From Gammaproteobacteria bacterium (lineage in GTDB: Bacteria > Pseudomonadota > Gammaproteobacteria > Eutrophobiales > Eutrophobiaceae): 64,000 bases of DNA. A model generated the notes under the pieces. The model worked only from the letters and a program-made list of their open reading frames with translations. It was not told where the DNA came from and made no database searches. The stretch covers positions 1,024,001 to 1,088,000 of the forward strand of contig OZ250183.1 in NCBI GenBank assembly GCA_965238225.1, read 5' to 3'. Positions 9,856 to 19,884 of the stretch are shown here, in pieces. The first letter of the stretch is position 1. Every line of letters starts with the position of its first letter. The translations under genes were made by a program, and so were the position numbers.

Positions 9856-12800
9856 ATGGTAATATTGAACAGTAAGCCTATGCAGTTAATGAGTAGATTA
9901 ATTATGAGTAGATTAATTATGAGTAGATTAATTATGAGTAGATTAATTATGAGTAGATTAAGCACCACCACAAACGATAGCCCAAGCAGTATGTTTGACC
10001 TTGACAGCATGATAAGCCTAACAAAACGCTTGGCACTGACCTTTTTTCTTGCAGGGCTTTTTGCACAGACATCATATGCTCTCACGGTTGATGCACAAAC
10101 AACCAACGATACAACGCCAACAATCACCGGCACACTTGCGACAAATGAGACACTAAGCTCTGTAACAGTAAACGGTGTTGCTACCAATACACCTGTTGTT
10201 GATACCAGCGTAACCCCAACTACATGGCGTGCGGAAGTAGCGGTTTTTAATGCACTTAATGAAGGCACTTACGCAGTCGTTGCAATAGCCGCACTTTCAG
10301 GACTTGGAGGAGGCACCGTCACAAACACTGCCAGCATCACCATAGACAACACAGCCCCAAGCAATCAAAACACAGTCTTTAATTCTAATATCACTGTTGC
10401 CGGCAGTGCGACAGTCACCATCATAAGCTCAGGCGTAGCCAGTAACAGTGTTTGGTTTGCCCCAGCCACCACTACAAACTTTAGTGCAAGTAGCACCATC
10501 ACCCGCGCTGCAAGCGGCACTGCCACTTCGATTACAGCACCTGCAACAGATGGCACCTATAAATTATTTATACAAGACAGCGCAGGTAATGTTTCTAGCC
10601 CATCAACGGCCACCTTAACCGTAGTAGCAGACAACACAGCCCCAACAGCCACACTCGCCTATACCTATGGTACGGGTACTAATACTGCCACACGCGTAAG
10701 CCAAGGCACCAGCATTACCATCACTGCTGACTTTAATGAGGACATAGCATTATTCCCTATCCCGCAGATTACAGGCACTGGTGCACATACTGTCTCTGCC
10801 GCCAACATGACAAGGGTTGATGCAACAAGCTATACCTATGTTTGGACAGTCGGTACTGGTGATGGCACACAAACATTCACCCTAAGCGACGGCACAGACT
10901 TAGCAGGCAATACCATCACCGCGACCCCTGTCTCAGGTGCCAGCATCATCGTAGACAACACAGCCCCCACAGCCACCCTTGCTTATACCTATGGCACAAG
11001 CACTAATACTGCCACGCGCGTAAGACAAGGCACCAGCATCACCATCACTGCTGCCTTTTCTGAGTCTACGAAAGGTAACCCCGCCATGCGCATTGCCGGC
11101 ACTGGCGCACATACTGTCTCTGCCGCCACCATGACAAGGGTCAATGCAACAACCTACACCTATGCTTGGACAGTCGGTACTGGCGATGGCACACAAACAT
11201 TCACTTTAAGCCAAGGGCAAGACTTAACAGGCAATACAGTCACCGCAACCCCCACATCTGGTGCCAGCATCACCGTAGACAACTTAAGCCCCAGCAATCA
11301 AAACACAGTCTTTAATGCTACCAGCAGGGCTGTTGCCGGCAGTGCGACAGTCCCCATCATAAGCTCAGGCGTAGCCAGTAACAGCGTTTGGTTTGCCCCA
11401 ACAGGCACCACAAACTTTGTTGCAGGCAACACCATCACCCGCGCCACAGGCACTGCCACTTCAATTGCAGCCCCTGCAACAGCAGGCGACTATAAATTAT
11501 TTGTACAAGACAGCGCAGGTAATGTCTCTAGCCCATCAACCGCGAGCTTAAGCGTAGACACACAAGCGCCCACCAATCAAAACACAGTCTTTGCTACCAG
11601 CAGGGCTGTTGCCGGCAGTGCGACAGTCGCCATCGAAAGCTCGGGCGTAGCCAGTAACAGCGTTTGGTTTGCCCCAGCAGGCACCACAAACTTTGTCATA
11701 GGCAACACCATCACCCGTGCCACAGGCACCGCCACTTCAATTACAGCCCCCACAACCACAGGCGACTATAAATTATTTATACAAGACAGCGTAGGCAATG
11801 TCTCTAGCCCATCAACCGCCACCTTAAGCGTAGACAATACAGCCCCCACAGCCTACCTGCGCTATTACTTGAAACAAACTGGCGGTAATATCATTGTCAG
11901 TGTCGTAAAAGCAGGGGATGCCATAATTGTTAATGCCAAATTTGACGAGCCCATAGCAGATAGCCCTGTCATGCAAATCACAGGCACTGGTGTAGAGAGC
12001 ATTGCTGCCGCCAACATGACAAAACACAATGCAACAACCTATAACTATGACTGGACAGTAGGCACAGGTGATGGTGCACAAAGCTTCACCCTAAGCACAG
12101 GCACAGACTTAGCAGGCAACACCATCACCGCGACCCCTACCGCAGGGACCAGCATTACCGTAGACAACACAGCGCCTGTACCCACAGTTGACGCACTAGC
12201 CACCAATGACACCACCCCAACCATCACCGGCACAACAGACACAGGCGCAGGGCTTGGCACAGGAGAAAGCCTTTCTGTGACGCTAAACTCTATTACCTAC
12301 ACACCTACTGTTGCTACAGATGGCACTTGGTCTTTTACAGTGGCAAGTGCCAATGCACTTGCTGATGGCAGCTATGAGGTTAGTGCAACATTCACCGATG
12401 CAACCGGCAATACCAGCACAGACACCAGCAGCAACGAACTCACCATAGACAGCACCGCACCAGTATTGGTCTCCTATGCCATCGGAGATGGCAGGCAATA
12501 TCTACTTAGCGAGGTAGCAACAAATGTTGCCACCAATGCCAATATTGTCTTGACCTTTAATGAGGCAGTCATGAAAGGGTCAGTGGTGGGTGCTGGTCTC
12601 ATACTTCGATCAGACGTATCAAACACAGGCGCACAACTTGTAACTACTATACCTGAGGGTGTCATCACCGGCACAGACCCACGCATCACAGTGGCTGGCA
12701 ATACGGTCACCATCAATCCAAGCCTCAACTTTATTGTGGGTAAACATACTTCATTAGCTATCGGATTAGGACTCTTCTCCGACCTTGCCGGCAACGCTTT

Positions 12801-14784
12801 TCCAAATGTGGACAGTCCCTTTATCTTTACTGCATCAGCCACAGCGTCTACCCCCACCAATCAAGACACAGTCTTTGCTGTGAGCGTAAGTGCTATGGCT
12901 AACGAAAAAGTCACCATTGTAAGTTCTGGCAATGCTGATGATATCATCTGGTTTGCACCGGTATTTACTACAAGCGCAGACTTTGTCGAAGGCTCGACCA
13001 TCACCCGTGCTGCAGGTAATGCTACTTCTATTTACGCACCGCAAGCCAGTGGCAGCTATCAATTATCTGTACAAGACCGCGCTGGTAATATCTCCAGCCC
13101 ATCGAAGGCTGCCTTGACTGTCACCGCTGATACCACCAGTCCGAGCTTAACTACCTACGCATTTGGTAGAGACAATACAAGCTATGCACTGACAGACAGT
13201 GCCACAGAGGTGCCAGCCAATGTTGATATTATCCTGAATTTCAGTGAGCGAGTCAGCGCCGGCACAGGTACCATCACCTTAACCCCTACAGGCGGCACCG
13301 CCATAGCACTTGATGTGACAGGCGCACAAGTCACAGCCAATGATACTGATGCTGTCACCATCAACCCGTCCAACAATCTTGATCTGAGTACAGAATACAC
13401 AGTCAATATCCCAGCAGGCGCATTTGTAGACCGCGCAAGCCGTGATGCGACGCAAGCTACTTTTAGCTTTAGCGTATCAGCAACACCGCCCACCCCTGAC
13501 CCTGCAACAGTTAAAGATGTTGTGTCTGGTGTTAACATGCAAGCTGATATAGCAGTCGACTGGACTAAGACCTCAGTAACCACCATTACCAACCGCATGA
13601 ACTGGTTACGCCGCCACAAAGGCAGCAACAACCTGTCTCATCAAGGCATAACCTTAAACTTTGCACATCCGACACTGGACGCACTCTTTAAGGCAGAATA
13701 TAAGGCCAATAATCCCAAAGAAAATAGCCTTGTGAGCCAAGCACGCCTTGCCAACATGGCAAGAACACTGGCCAATAATACCAAGCATAACGCCGACCAC
13801 AGCACGTCTGTGTTTGCTGCGCTCAAACAAGAGCTTAGCGACCGTGCCGCCAATGAATTTGCCAAACTGGCACACAATACCCTAGACAATACTTTAGGCC
13901 ATCTGACTGCCCTAAACCCCTTAAGCGGTAACAGCATCAGTGATAGTATTAGTGATACTTGGGCAATCTGGACTGCCGGCAATATCACCCTAGGTGATTA
14001 TGATGCAACCACCACCACATCTGCACAGGACAGCTTCTCACAAAACATCTCCTTAGGCGTAGACAGATATACAGCCAATGACAAACAGCTTTTAGGTGTT
14101 GCCGTAAGCTTAGGTACAGGTGATGTTGAGATTGGCAATAACGACACAACACTGAATTCAGATGCCATAAGCTTTGCGGTCTACACTGCCCTAGACTTGC
14201 ACAACAACACTGCCATTGAAGGTATGATAGGTGTAGGCGGCATTAATGTAGATACAAAACGCCGTGGCAATGACAATATATTACTCACAGGCAGCCGTGA
14301 CATAAAACAAATATTTGCATCCTTGACCTTCAGAGGTAAATTCCAACAAGAGGATATAAACCTCTCTCCCTATGGCAGGGTTAATGTGTCACACAGCAGT
14401 CTGGGAGACTTTGCTGAATCTGGTTCAGACTTTGCACTGACTTACAACAAACAAGATATAAATAACCTAGTGCTGTACACAGGGCTTGATGTAGACTATC
14501 TCATTGAGCTTAATCAAGGCGCACTGAGACCCTTCGGTGTGGTTGAATACGGTGCTGATATAAGTCCGAGCTCTGACGCTGAACTTTATTACCTGAGCGA
14601 CCCAACCAGACAAATATACACCCTGTCTACAGACGGCAGTGCCACACACAACTTGAAGTTTGGTATCGGTGTTGAATATAAATCCCAAACCGGCGCTTAT
14701 GGTTCAGTAGGCTATGAGCGCACTGAGATCATAGACTCAGGGCACACCGACAGTTTTGACTTCGAGCTTGGTCTTGAGTTTTAG
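9856..14784 (+). CDS. Autotransporter-type outer-membrane adhesin 2 (1642 aa, multiple internal Ig-like repeats)
   Basis: Same architecture as adhesin 1; repeated NQNTVF...SSPSTA and DNTAPTA...GASI modules; last ~1.67 kb near-identical to adhesin 1. Confidence 0.87.
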   Translation: MVILNSKPMQLMSRLIMSRLIMSRLIMSRLIMSRLSTTTNDSPSSMFDLDSMISLTKRLALTFFLAGLFAQTSYALTVDAQTTNDTTPTITGTLATNETLSSVTVNGVATNTPVVDTSVTPTTWRAEVAVFNALNEGTYAVVAIAALSGLGGGTVTNTASITIDNTAPSNQNTVFNSNITVAGSATVTIISSGVASNSVWFAPATTTNFSASSTITRAASGTATSITAPATDGTYKLFIQDSAGNVSSPSTATLTVVADNTAPTATLAYTYGTGTNTATRVSQGTSITITADFNEDIALFPIPQITGTGAHTVSAANMTRVDATSYTYVWTVGTGDGTQTFTLSDGTDLAGNTITATPVSGASIIVDNTAPTATLAYTYGTSTNTATRVRQGTSITITAAFSESTKGNPAMRIAGTGAHTVSAATMTRVNATTYTYAWTVGTGDGTQTFTLSQGQDLTGNTVTATPTSGASITVDNLSPSNQNTVFNATSRAVAGSATVPIISSGVASNSVWFAPTGTTNFVAGNTITRATGTATSIAAPATAGDYKLFVQDSAGNVSSPSTASLSVDTQAPTNQNTVFATSRAVAGSATVAIESSGVASNSVWFAPAGTTNFVIGNTITRATGTATSITAPTTTGDYKLFIQDSVGNVSSPSTATLSVDNTAPTAYLRYYLKQTGGNIIVSVVKAGDAIIVNAKFDEPIADSPVMQITGTGVESIAAANMTKHNATTYNYDWTVGTGDGAQSFTLSTGTDLAGNTITATPTAGTSITVDNTAPVPTVDALATNDTTPTITGTTDTGAGLGTGESLSVTLNSITYTPTVATDGTWSFTVASANALADGSYEVSATFTDATGNTSTDTSSNELTIDSTAPVLVSYAIGDGRQYLLSEVATNVATNANIVLTFNEAVMKGSVVGAGLILRSDVSNTGAQLVTTIPEGVITGTDPRITVAGNTVTINPSLNFIVGKHTSLAIGLGLFSDLAGNAFPNVDSPFIFTASATASTPTNQDTVFAVSVSAMANEKVTIVSSGNADDIIWFAPVFTTSADFVEGSTITRAAGNATSIYAPQASGSYQLSVQDRAGNISSPSKAALTVTADTTSPSLTTYAFGRDNTSYALTDSATEVPANVDIILNFSERVSAGTGTITLTPTGGTAIALDVTGAQVTANDTDAVTINPSNNLDLSTEYTVNIPAGAFVDRASRDATQATFSFSVSATPPTPDPATVKDVVSGVNMQADIAVDWTKTSVTTITNRMNWLRRHKGSNNLSHQGITLNFAHPTLDALFKAEYKANNPKENSLVSQARLANMARTLANNTKHNADHSTSVFAALKQELSDRAANEFAKLAHNTLDNTLGHLTALNPLSGNSISDSISDTWAIWTAGNITLGDYDATTTTSAQDSFSQNISLGVDRYTANDKQLLGVAVSLGTGDVEIGNNDTTLNSDAISFAVYTALDLHNNTAIEGMIGVGGINVDTKRRGNDNILLTGSRDIKQIFASLTFRGKFQQEDINLSPYGRVNVSHSSLGDFAESGSDFALTYNKQDINNLVLYTGLDVDYLIELNQGALRPFGVVEYGADISPSSDAELYYLSDPTRQIYTLSTDGSATHNLKFGIGVEYKSQTGAYGSVGYERTEIIDSGHTDSFDFELGLEF
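9889..9960 (+). repeat. 15-bp tandem repeat ATGAGTAGATTAATT x4.8 (MSRLI) in the N-terminus of adhesin 2
   Basis: Read directly; about 3 degenerate copies at 6337-6381 in adhesin 1. Confidence 0.95.
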
Positions 14785-15195
14785 ACTTTAGAGTTTTAGT
14801 TTTTAATGTTTTAGTTTTTAATGTAATATTGACTTAACACATAACAAAAAACCAGCAACACACCGACTGGGCTGCGGCGCACTGATAAAGGATTTAATAG
14901 GCGGGTTTTTTGGTTTTGCTCATCCGCACATTGCACATCCCCCATCGGGTCTTTAGGTTTATAAACAGGGCTTATAAACAGGGCTTATTAATAGTTTCGT
15001 TCAAGTATTTTTTATGCTGGCGCGTGCTTAAATAAGCAGCAATGATTATTACCGATGTCAATTAAAGATGAAGCCTTGCATGTTGGCACATGAGAATTCG
15101 ACCCTGTCTTGAGTGTGTCGGCACCAAAACGACCAATAGTTTTTTTGCTGAATACAAGATTGCAAATAAAGATTCCGGGAAAACGGTCGTGCGTA

Positions 15196-15834
15196 ATGAA
15201 CTATTTTGATCCGAATTGTCGTGCCTGCCCACGCTTGGCAGCGTTTCTTGACGAGGTCAAAAGAAAATATCCTGCTTATCACGCAAAACCTGTCGCACCA
15301 TTTGGTGTGGATGATCCAAGATTGCTCATTGTCGGGCTTGCGCCCGGGATGCATGGCGCAAACGCAACAGGCAGAACCTTTACTGGCGATTATGCGGGTA
15401 TTTTATTGTATAAGGCACTTTACCAACACGGTTTCTCAAATCAGGAATCAGCGACTCATGTTGACGATGGTCTGGAATTGATTGATTGCAGAATAAGCAA
15501 TGCCGTAAAATGCTTGCCGCCTCAAAATAAACCAACAGGGGATGAGGTTAATATTTGTAATCAATTTTTAAAAAGAGAATTAACAACACTTAGAACGGGG
15601 ACTGTCATCTTGGTGCTGGGTACGATTGCACATAGAGCGGCCATTGCAGCGCTTGGTCTTAAGCAGAAGGATTATATTTTTAAACACGGCAATGTTGCGC
15701 CCTTGAGCAATAAAAAATGGCTAATAGATTCCTACCATTGCAGTCGGTATAATACGCAAACGCGCCGATTAACTGAAAAAATGTTTTTCGATATTTTCAA
15801 GAAATCACTTGAATTAATTAACTTAAACTATTAA
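15196..15834 (+). CDS. Uracil-DNA glycosylase, family 5 (UdgB-like, Fe-S)
   Basis: CRACPRL, VGLAPGMHGANATGR.FTGD, NAVKCLPPQNKP, YHCSRYNTQT motifs. Confidence 0.88.
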   Translation: MNYFDPNCRACPRLAAFLDEVKRKYPAYHAKPVAPFGVDDPRLLIVGLAPGMHGANATGRTFTGDYAGILLYKALYQHGFSNQESATHVDDGLELIDCRISNAVKCLPPQNKPTGDEVNICNQFLKRELTTLRTGTVILVLGTIAHRAAIAALGLKQKDYIFKHGNVAPLSNKKWLIDSYHCSRYNTQTRRLTEKMFFDIFKKSLELINLNY

Positions 15835-15850
15835 TTATAAAGGTATTTAT

Positions 15851-17770
15851 ATGTCTAGTTTATCGACAGAACAGTCATCATCCAGCCTTTCTAAAAAAGG
15901 TATATTCGAGGCGACTGTTTTTTTACAGGCCTTGACAAGCAAGCCTGGGGTCTATCGGATGTTAGATGAGCTTGGCGAAGTGCTTTATGTTGGCAAGGCG
16001 CAAAACCTAAAAAAGCGGGTTGCCAGTTATTTCACCGGTGCTGATACCACGCCGAAGACACGCGCTATGATTGCACGGGTAAAAGACATTGAGGTTACAG
16101 TAACGCGCACCGAAAAGGAGGCTCTGATTCTTGAAAACAATCAAATTAAACTACTGAAGCCTCGTTATAATATCTGCTTCAAGGATGATAAGAGTTATCC
16201 CTATATTTATCTTTCCGCGCAACTAGATTTCCCCAGACTCAGTTATCATCGTGGTGCCAAAGCCAAAACAGGGCGTTATTTTGGTCCGTATCCCAGTGCG
16301 GGCGCGGTTCGCAACACGTTAAATTTAATGAAAAAACTCTTCATGGTTCGACAATGTACAGATAGCTTTTTTGCAAATCGCCAACGCCCTTGTTTGGCAT
16401 ACCAAATTAAACGTTGCTCGGCACCTTGTGTGGCGTTTATTGGCAAAAAAGATTATCAAGAAGATGTCAAACGCAGCATTCTATTTTTACAAGGCAAAAA
16501 TGATCAAGTTATGGATGGTTTGCTTTATCGCATGCAACAGGCCTCTGATGCGCTTAATTATGAGCGCGCTATGCGTTATCGAGACCGAATTAAAAACCTT
16601 AGAAAGGTTCAGGAAAATCAGTACATTACCACTGAAAAAGGCAATATCGACGTGATTGCCTGCGTCTATCGCGAGAATATTGCCTGTGTGTGTGCGTTTT
16701 TTATTAGAAACGGCTTAAATCAGGGCAGCAAGACTTACTTCCCCGAAGACGCGCTTAATACGACTCCAAAATTGATAATAGAGGCCTTTTTAGCGCAGTT
16801 TTACCTGAAAACTTATATGTTTGGCGACTTGCCCGATGAAATATTACTAAGCCATGCGCCTTACAACAGCAAACTCTTAGAAGAGGTGATTAGAGGTCAT
16901 GCGCAAGATAATAAAACTACGCAAGGCGATAAAGCTACGCAAAGGCAGATCAAAATAAAAAACCATTGTCGCGGTGAGCGGGCTAAATGGGTGAAGATGG
17001 CATTGGAAAATGCAGAGCTTTCCCTTCGGCTATGCCTTGCAAATAAAGAAAGTCAGCATCGTCGTACTCGCGAATTAATGCGATTGTTAAATCTTGAGAC
17101 ACCCATTCAGAACATGGAATGTTTTGATATTAGCCACATGAGCGGCGAAGCGACCGTTGCCTCTTGCGTGGTATTTGATGCCAAGGGGCCAAAAAACGCG
17201 GATTATCGTAGATTCAACATCACCAACATTACGCCGGGGGATGATTATGCTGCGATGGAACAGGCTATTACACGAAGATACGCACGTGTAAAAAAAGAAA
17301 ATGCCAAGATACCAGATATTATTTTCATTGATGGGGGGAAAGGGCAGGTGAGTAAGGCGCAAAAGGTTTTGAAGGCGCTGCAGCTTAATGAGCCTATATT
17401 GGTGGGCATCGCCAAGGGGTCTTCCCGTCAGGCAGGTGTAGAGACTTTGATCGTACAACATGGTAAAAATGCTAAAAAATGCCTGCATTTACCCCATGAT
17501 TCACCCGCCTTACATCTGATACAGCACATCAGGGATGAATCTCATCGATTTGCCATTACAGGACACCGACTGCGACGCAAGAAGGCAAGGAATCGGTCGC
17601 CGCTTGAGAACATTGACGGCATAGGTCAAAAACGCCGACAAAATTTGTTGCAATACTTCGGTGGGCTGCAAGGCGTTAGCTCCGCCGCCGCTGAAGACCT
17701 CGCCAATGTTCATGGAATCAACAAGCATTTAGCGCAGAAGGTATATGATACCTTTCATGAAACTCTATGA
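15851..17770 (+). CDS. uvrC: Excinuclease ABC subunit C
   Basis: GIY-YIG N-terminus (PGVYRM...LYVGKA), ECFDISH, DDYAAM, IRDESHRFAI, HhH C-terminus. Confidence 0.98.
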   Translation: MSSLSTEQSSSSLSKKGIFEATVFLQALTSKPGVYRMLDELGEVLYVGKAQNLKKRVASYFTGADTTPKTRAMIARVKDIEVTVTRTEKEALILENNQIKLLKPRYNICFKDDKSYPYIYLSAQLDFPRLSYHRGAKAKTGRYFGPYPSAGAVRNTLNLMKKLFMVRQCTDSFFANRQRPCLAYQIKRCSAPCVAFIGKKDYQEDVKRSILFLQGKNDQVMDGLLYRMQQASDALNYERAMRYRDRIKNLRKVQENQYITTEKGNIDVIACVYRENIACVCAFFIRNGLNQGSKTYFPEDALNTTPKLIIEAFLAQFYLKTYMFGDLPDEILLSHAPYNSKLLEEVIRGHAQDNKTTQGDKATQRQIKIKNHCRGERAKWVKMALENAELSLRLCLANKESQHRRTRELMRLLNLETPIQNMECFDISHMSGEATVASCVVFDAKGPKNADYRRFNITNITPGDDYAAMEQAITRRYARVKKENAKIPDIIFIDGGKGQVSKAQKVLKALQLNEPILVGIAKGSSRQAGVETLIVQHGKNAKKCLHLPHDSPALHLIQHIRDESHRFAITGHRLRRKKARNRSPLENIDGIGQKRRQNLLQYFGGLQGVSSAAAEDLANVHGINKHLAQKVYDTFHETL

Positions 17771-18318
17771 ATCTGCCTAACATACTGACGCTTAGTAGGA
17801 TTGCCTCGATTCCTATTTTTGTTATTTTTTTCTATTTGCCTGTCAGTTGGAATTACTTGGCAGCTTGCGTGATATTTACTCTTGCAACGATTACCGATAG
17901 CTTAGACGGCTATTACGCACGCAAACTCGGGAAAATATCGCCGTTAGGCATCTTTTTAGACCCAGTCGCCGATAAACTTGTCATCGCAGTGGTGTTAGTA
18001 TTGCTGGTTGAGGATGAGCCTTCGGTTTGGCTGGCTTTGCCGGCAGCGGTTATTATTGGGCGTGAAATTGTAATCTCTGCCTTGCGTGAATGGATGGCGG
18101 AGCTTGGAAAAAGTAGTAAGGTTGCCGTTTCAACTTATGGAAAATTGAAAACCACTTGCCAGATGATAGCCTTAGGCTGTTTGGTTTATCACAATTCTTT
18201 ATTTGGTATTCCTGTTTATATGGTCGGTATGATTTTACTTTATATTGCCACTGTATTGACCTTATGGTCTATGGTTCTTTACATGCGAGCGGCTTGGCCT
18301 CAATTAAAAGACAGTTAA
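17767..18318 (+). CDS. pgsA: CDP-diacylglycerol--glycerol-3-phosphate 3-phosphatidyltransferase
   Basis: NLPNILTLSRI, TD.LDGYYAR...G.FLDPVADK; conserved uvrC-pgsA-tRNA order. Confidence 0.96.
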   Translation: MNLPNILTLSRIASIPIFVIFFYLPVSWNYLAACVIFTLATITDSLDGYYARKLGKISPLGIFLDPVADKLVIAVVLVLLVEDEPSVWLALPAAVIIGREIVISALREWMAELGKSSKVAVSTYGKLKTTCQMIALGCLVYHNSLFGIPVYMVGMILLYIATVLTLWSMVLYMRAAWPQLKDS

Positions 18319-18364
18319 CTTAATATAAAAACAAGTTAATATAGACTCTGACGTTGCAGGTTTC

Positions 18365-18398
18365 TTGACAGTCTGCGGGTCACAGCTAGAATGTGCGC
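18365..18398 (+). promoter_or_regulatory. sigma70 stable-RNA promoter of the tRNA operon
   Basis: TTGACA (18365-70), 16 bp, TAGAAT (18387-92), then GC-rich discriminator GTGCGC. Confidence 0.75.
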
Positions 18399-18404
18399 TC
18401 TTTT

Positions 18405-18479
18405 GCGGGAATAGCTCAGTGGTAGAGCACAACCTTGCCAAGGTTGGGGTCGCGAGTTCGAATCTCGTTTCCCGCTCCA
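18405..18479 (+). tRNA. tRNA-Gly(GCC)
   Basis: GCGGGAATAGCTCAG...CCTTGCCAAGG...TTCGAAT...CCCGCTCCA. Confidence 0.98.
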
Positions 18480-18521
18480 ATATTTTTAATTTTATTAAAA
18501 AGGTTTGTCATTTAAGGGTAT

Positions 18522-18595
18522 GGCTGAGTGGCAGAGTGGTTATGCAGCGGCCTGCAAAGCCGCGGACGCCGGTTCGATTCCGACCTCAGCCTCCA
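18522..18595 (+). tRNA. tRNA-Cys(GCA)
   Basis: GGCTGAG...GGCCTGCAAAGCC...GGTTCGATTCC...CTCAGCCTCCA. Confidence 0.97.
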
Positions 18596-18658
18596 TTAAT
18601 TTATACGATATAATCATTATTTCATGGCAAGCCTTAACTAATCACGTACGTTGCCCTT

Positions 18659-18744
18659 GCCCGGGTGGCGGAATTGGTAGACGCAAGGGACTTAAAATCC
18701 CTCGATCATTGATCGTGCCGGTTCGATTCCGGCTCCGGGCACCA
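18659..18744 (+). tRNA. tRNA-Leu(TAA)
   Basis: GCCCGGG...GGGACTTAAAATCCC, long variable arm, ...CCGGGCACCA; Gly-Cys-Leu order as in glyW-cysT-leuZ. Confidence 0.97.
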
Positions 18745-18889
18745 TTTCAGTATTCAGATGAGCAGAAGGTCAGGATTAAGGCTCGTCAAATCTGTTCATA
18801 AAGTTTTTTCGTTACAGTTAGTCTGCGGCATTACAGGCTTAAGCGTTATATGCTGATGTCACCAGAGACGCGCTACAAAGATCGTGTTT

Positions 18890-19351
18890 TTAATTCATAA
18901 ATTCACAGGGCGTACCCGTTTTGAAATACTTATGATACTGCGGAGGTACATCTAAAATAAGACACCGCCAAGGAGGACTTTCGCCAGCATAATATCTCCA
19001 GAGAAGCACGCCCCCGTCAAAGATCCCCTTATAGAGAAAGCACTTAACAGCGAACTGATTCGCGTCTATTCTGCATACGCTGTCGTAAGTCATAGTTTTT
19101 AAACCAATCCAGCCAGGATCGTTTGGGTCAGCGCTTGGTGTATGTCCCATAGCGATTACCATGTCAGCGCCTTTCTTGGCATGTTGAAGTTCTAACATAG
19201 CGACCGATATCTCCGCTCTTCTAGAATAATCTTGATAAGCTGGCAGTGCGATTGTAACCAAAACACCAATGATCGCCATTGTGATCATGAGTTCTACCAA
19301 GGTAAAACCCTGTTGATTCTTTTGCTGTTTGTGTTGTTGTTTATTTCTCAT
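18890..19351 (-). CDS. Type IVa pilin (copy 1)
   Basis: QQG|FTLVELMI prepilin cleavage site with E5, ALPAYQDY, four Cys in C-terminal half. Confidence 0.9.
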   Translation of the reverse strand: MRNKQQHKQQKNQQGFTLVELMITMAIIGVLVTIALPAYQDYSRRAEISVAMLELQHAKKGADMVIAMGHTPSADPNDPGWIGLKTMTYDSVCRIDANQFAVKCFLYKGIFDGGVLLWRYYAGESPPWRCLILDVPPQYHKYFKTGTPCEFMN

Positions 19352-19620
19352 GAAAGTCTGTCATCTGGGGTGTTTTTTTTATTGTTCTCCGCTTTACCTT
19401 AATGATGATCTAAATAAAATTGATCCATAAATATTAGCCGCTGTCCGTTATCCTGTTCTGTAAGTACCACACTACGCCCCTATTGCGGCTTAATCAATAA
19501 ATCTTTACCCCGTTTTTTTTGAATACTTTCTCGAATACCTTTACTAAAGTATAAAGTCAATCTAGCGACAAAGGGCGCAACATATCCTACGAAGAACGTA
19601 CAATCTTAGGAAGTAAAACC

Positions 19621-19655
19621 AGCCACCGTATTGCTGATTTAGCAATACGGTGGCT
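19621..19655. other. Perfect 15-bp inverted repeat with 5-nt loop
   Basis: AGCCACCGTATTGCT-gattt-AGCAATACGGTGGCT in the divergent pilin1/adhesin3 intergenic region. Confidence 0.9.
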
Positions 19656-19884
19656 CAATCGCTAATGCGGCTTGTGTTGAAAAATTTAAGGTGTTTACGA
19701 GAGACTTAACAGCTGTCAAATACCCGTAAAACTTGGATATTAAAGCCTTTTAAATTAAGGTTTTAATATAAGTCTTTAGAATTGATGGTTTTTCAGTGAT
19801 TTTAAATGTAGAATCGCTAAGATATGATGTTTAAGAATTCTAGTAACTCCTAAATACAGGACAATCTGGCAAAAACCAAACAGT

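Larger units (their letters stand above)
8046..14784 (+). repeat. Long direct repeat 8046-9723 / 13113-14784 (shared 3' part of adhesins 1 and 2)
   Basis: Near-identical sequence at offset 5067, including identical antisense ORFs at 8115 and 13182. Confidence 0.95.

Noticed and set aside
6273-14688. Many minus-strand ORFs inside the adhesin genes
   Set aside because: Antisense shadows of Thr/Ala-rich coding; duplicated only because the host genes are.
14825-14920. Terminator or sRNA after adhesin 2
   Set aside because: AAAAAACC...GGTTTTTT arms are far apart, and I could not define a compact stem by eye.
18365-18801. ORFs of 82 and 98 aa
   Set aside because: They overlap three clear tRNA genes.
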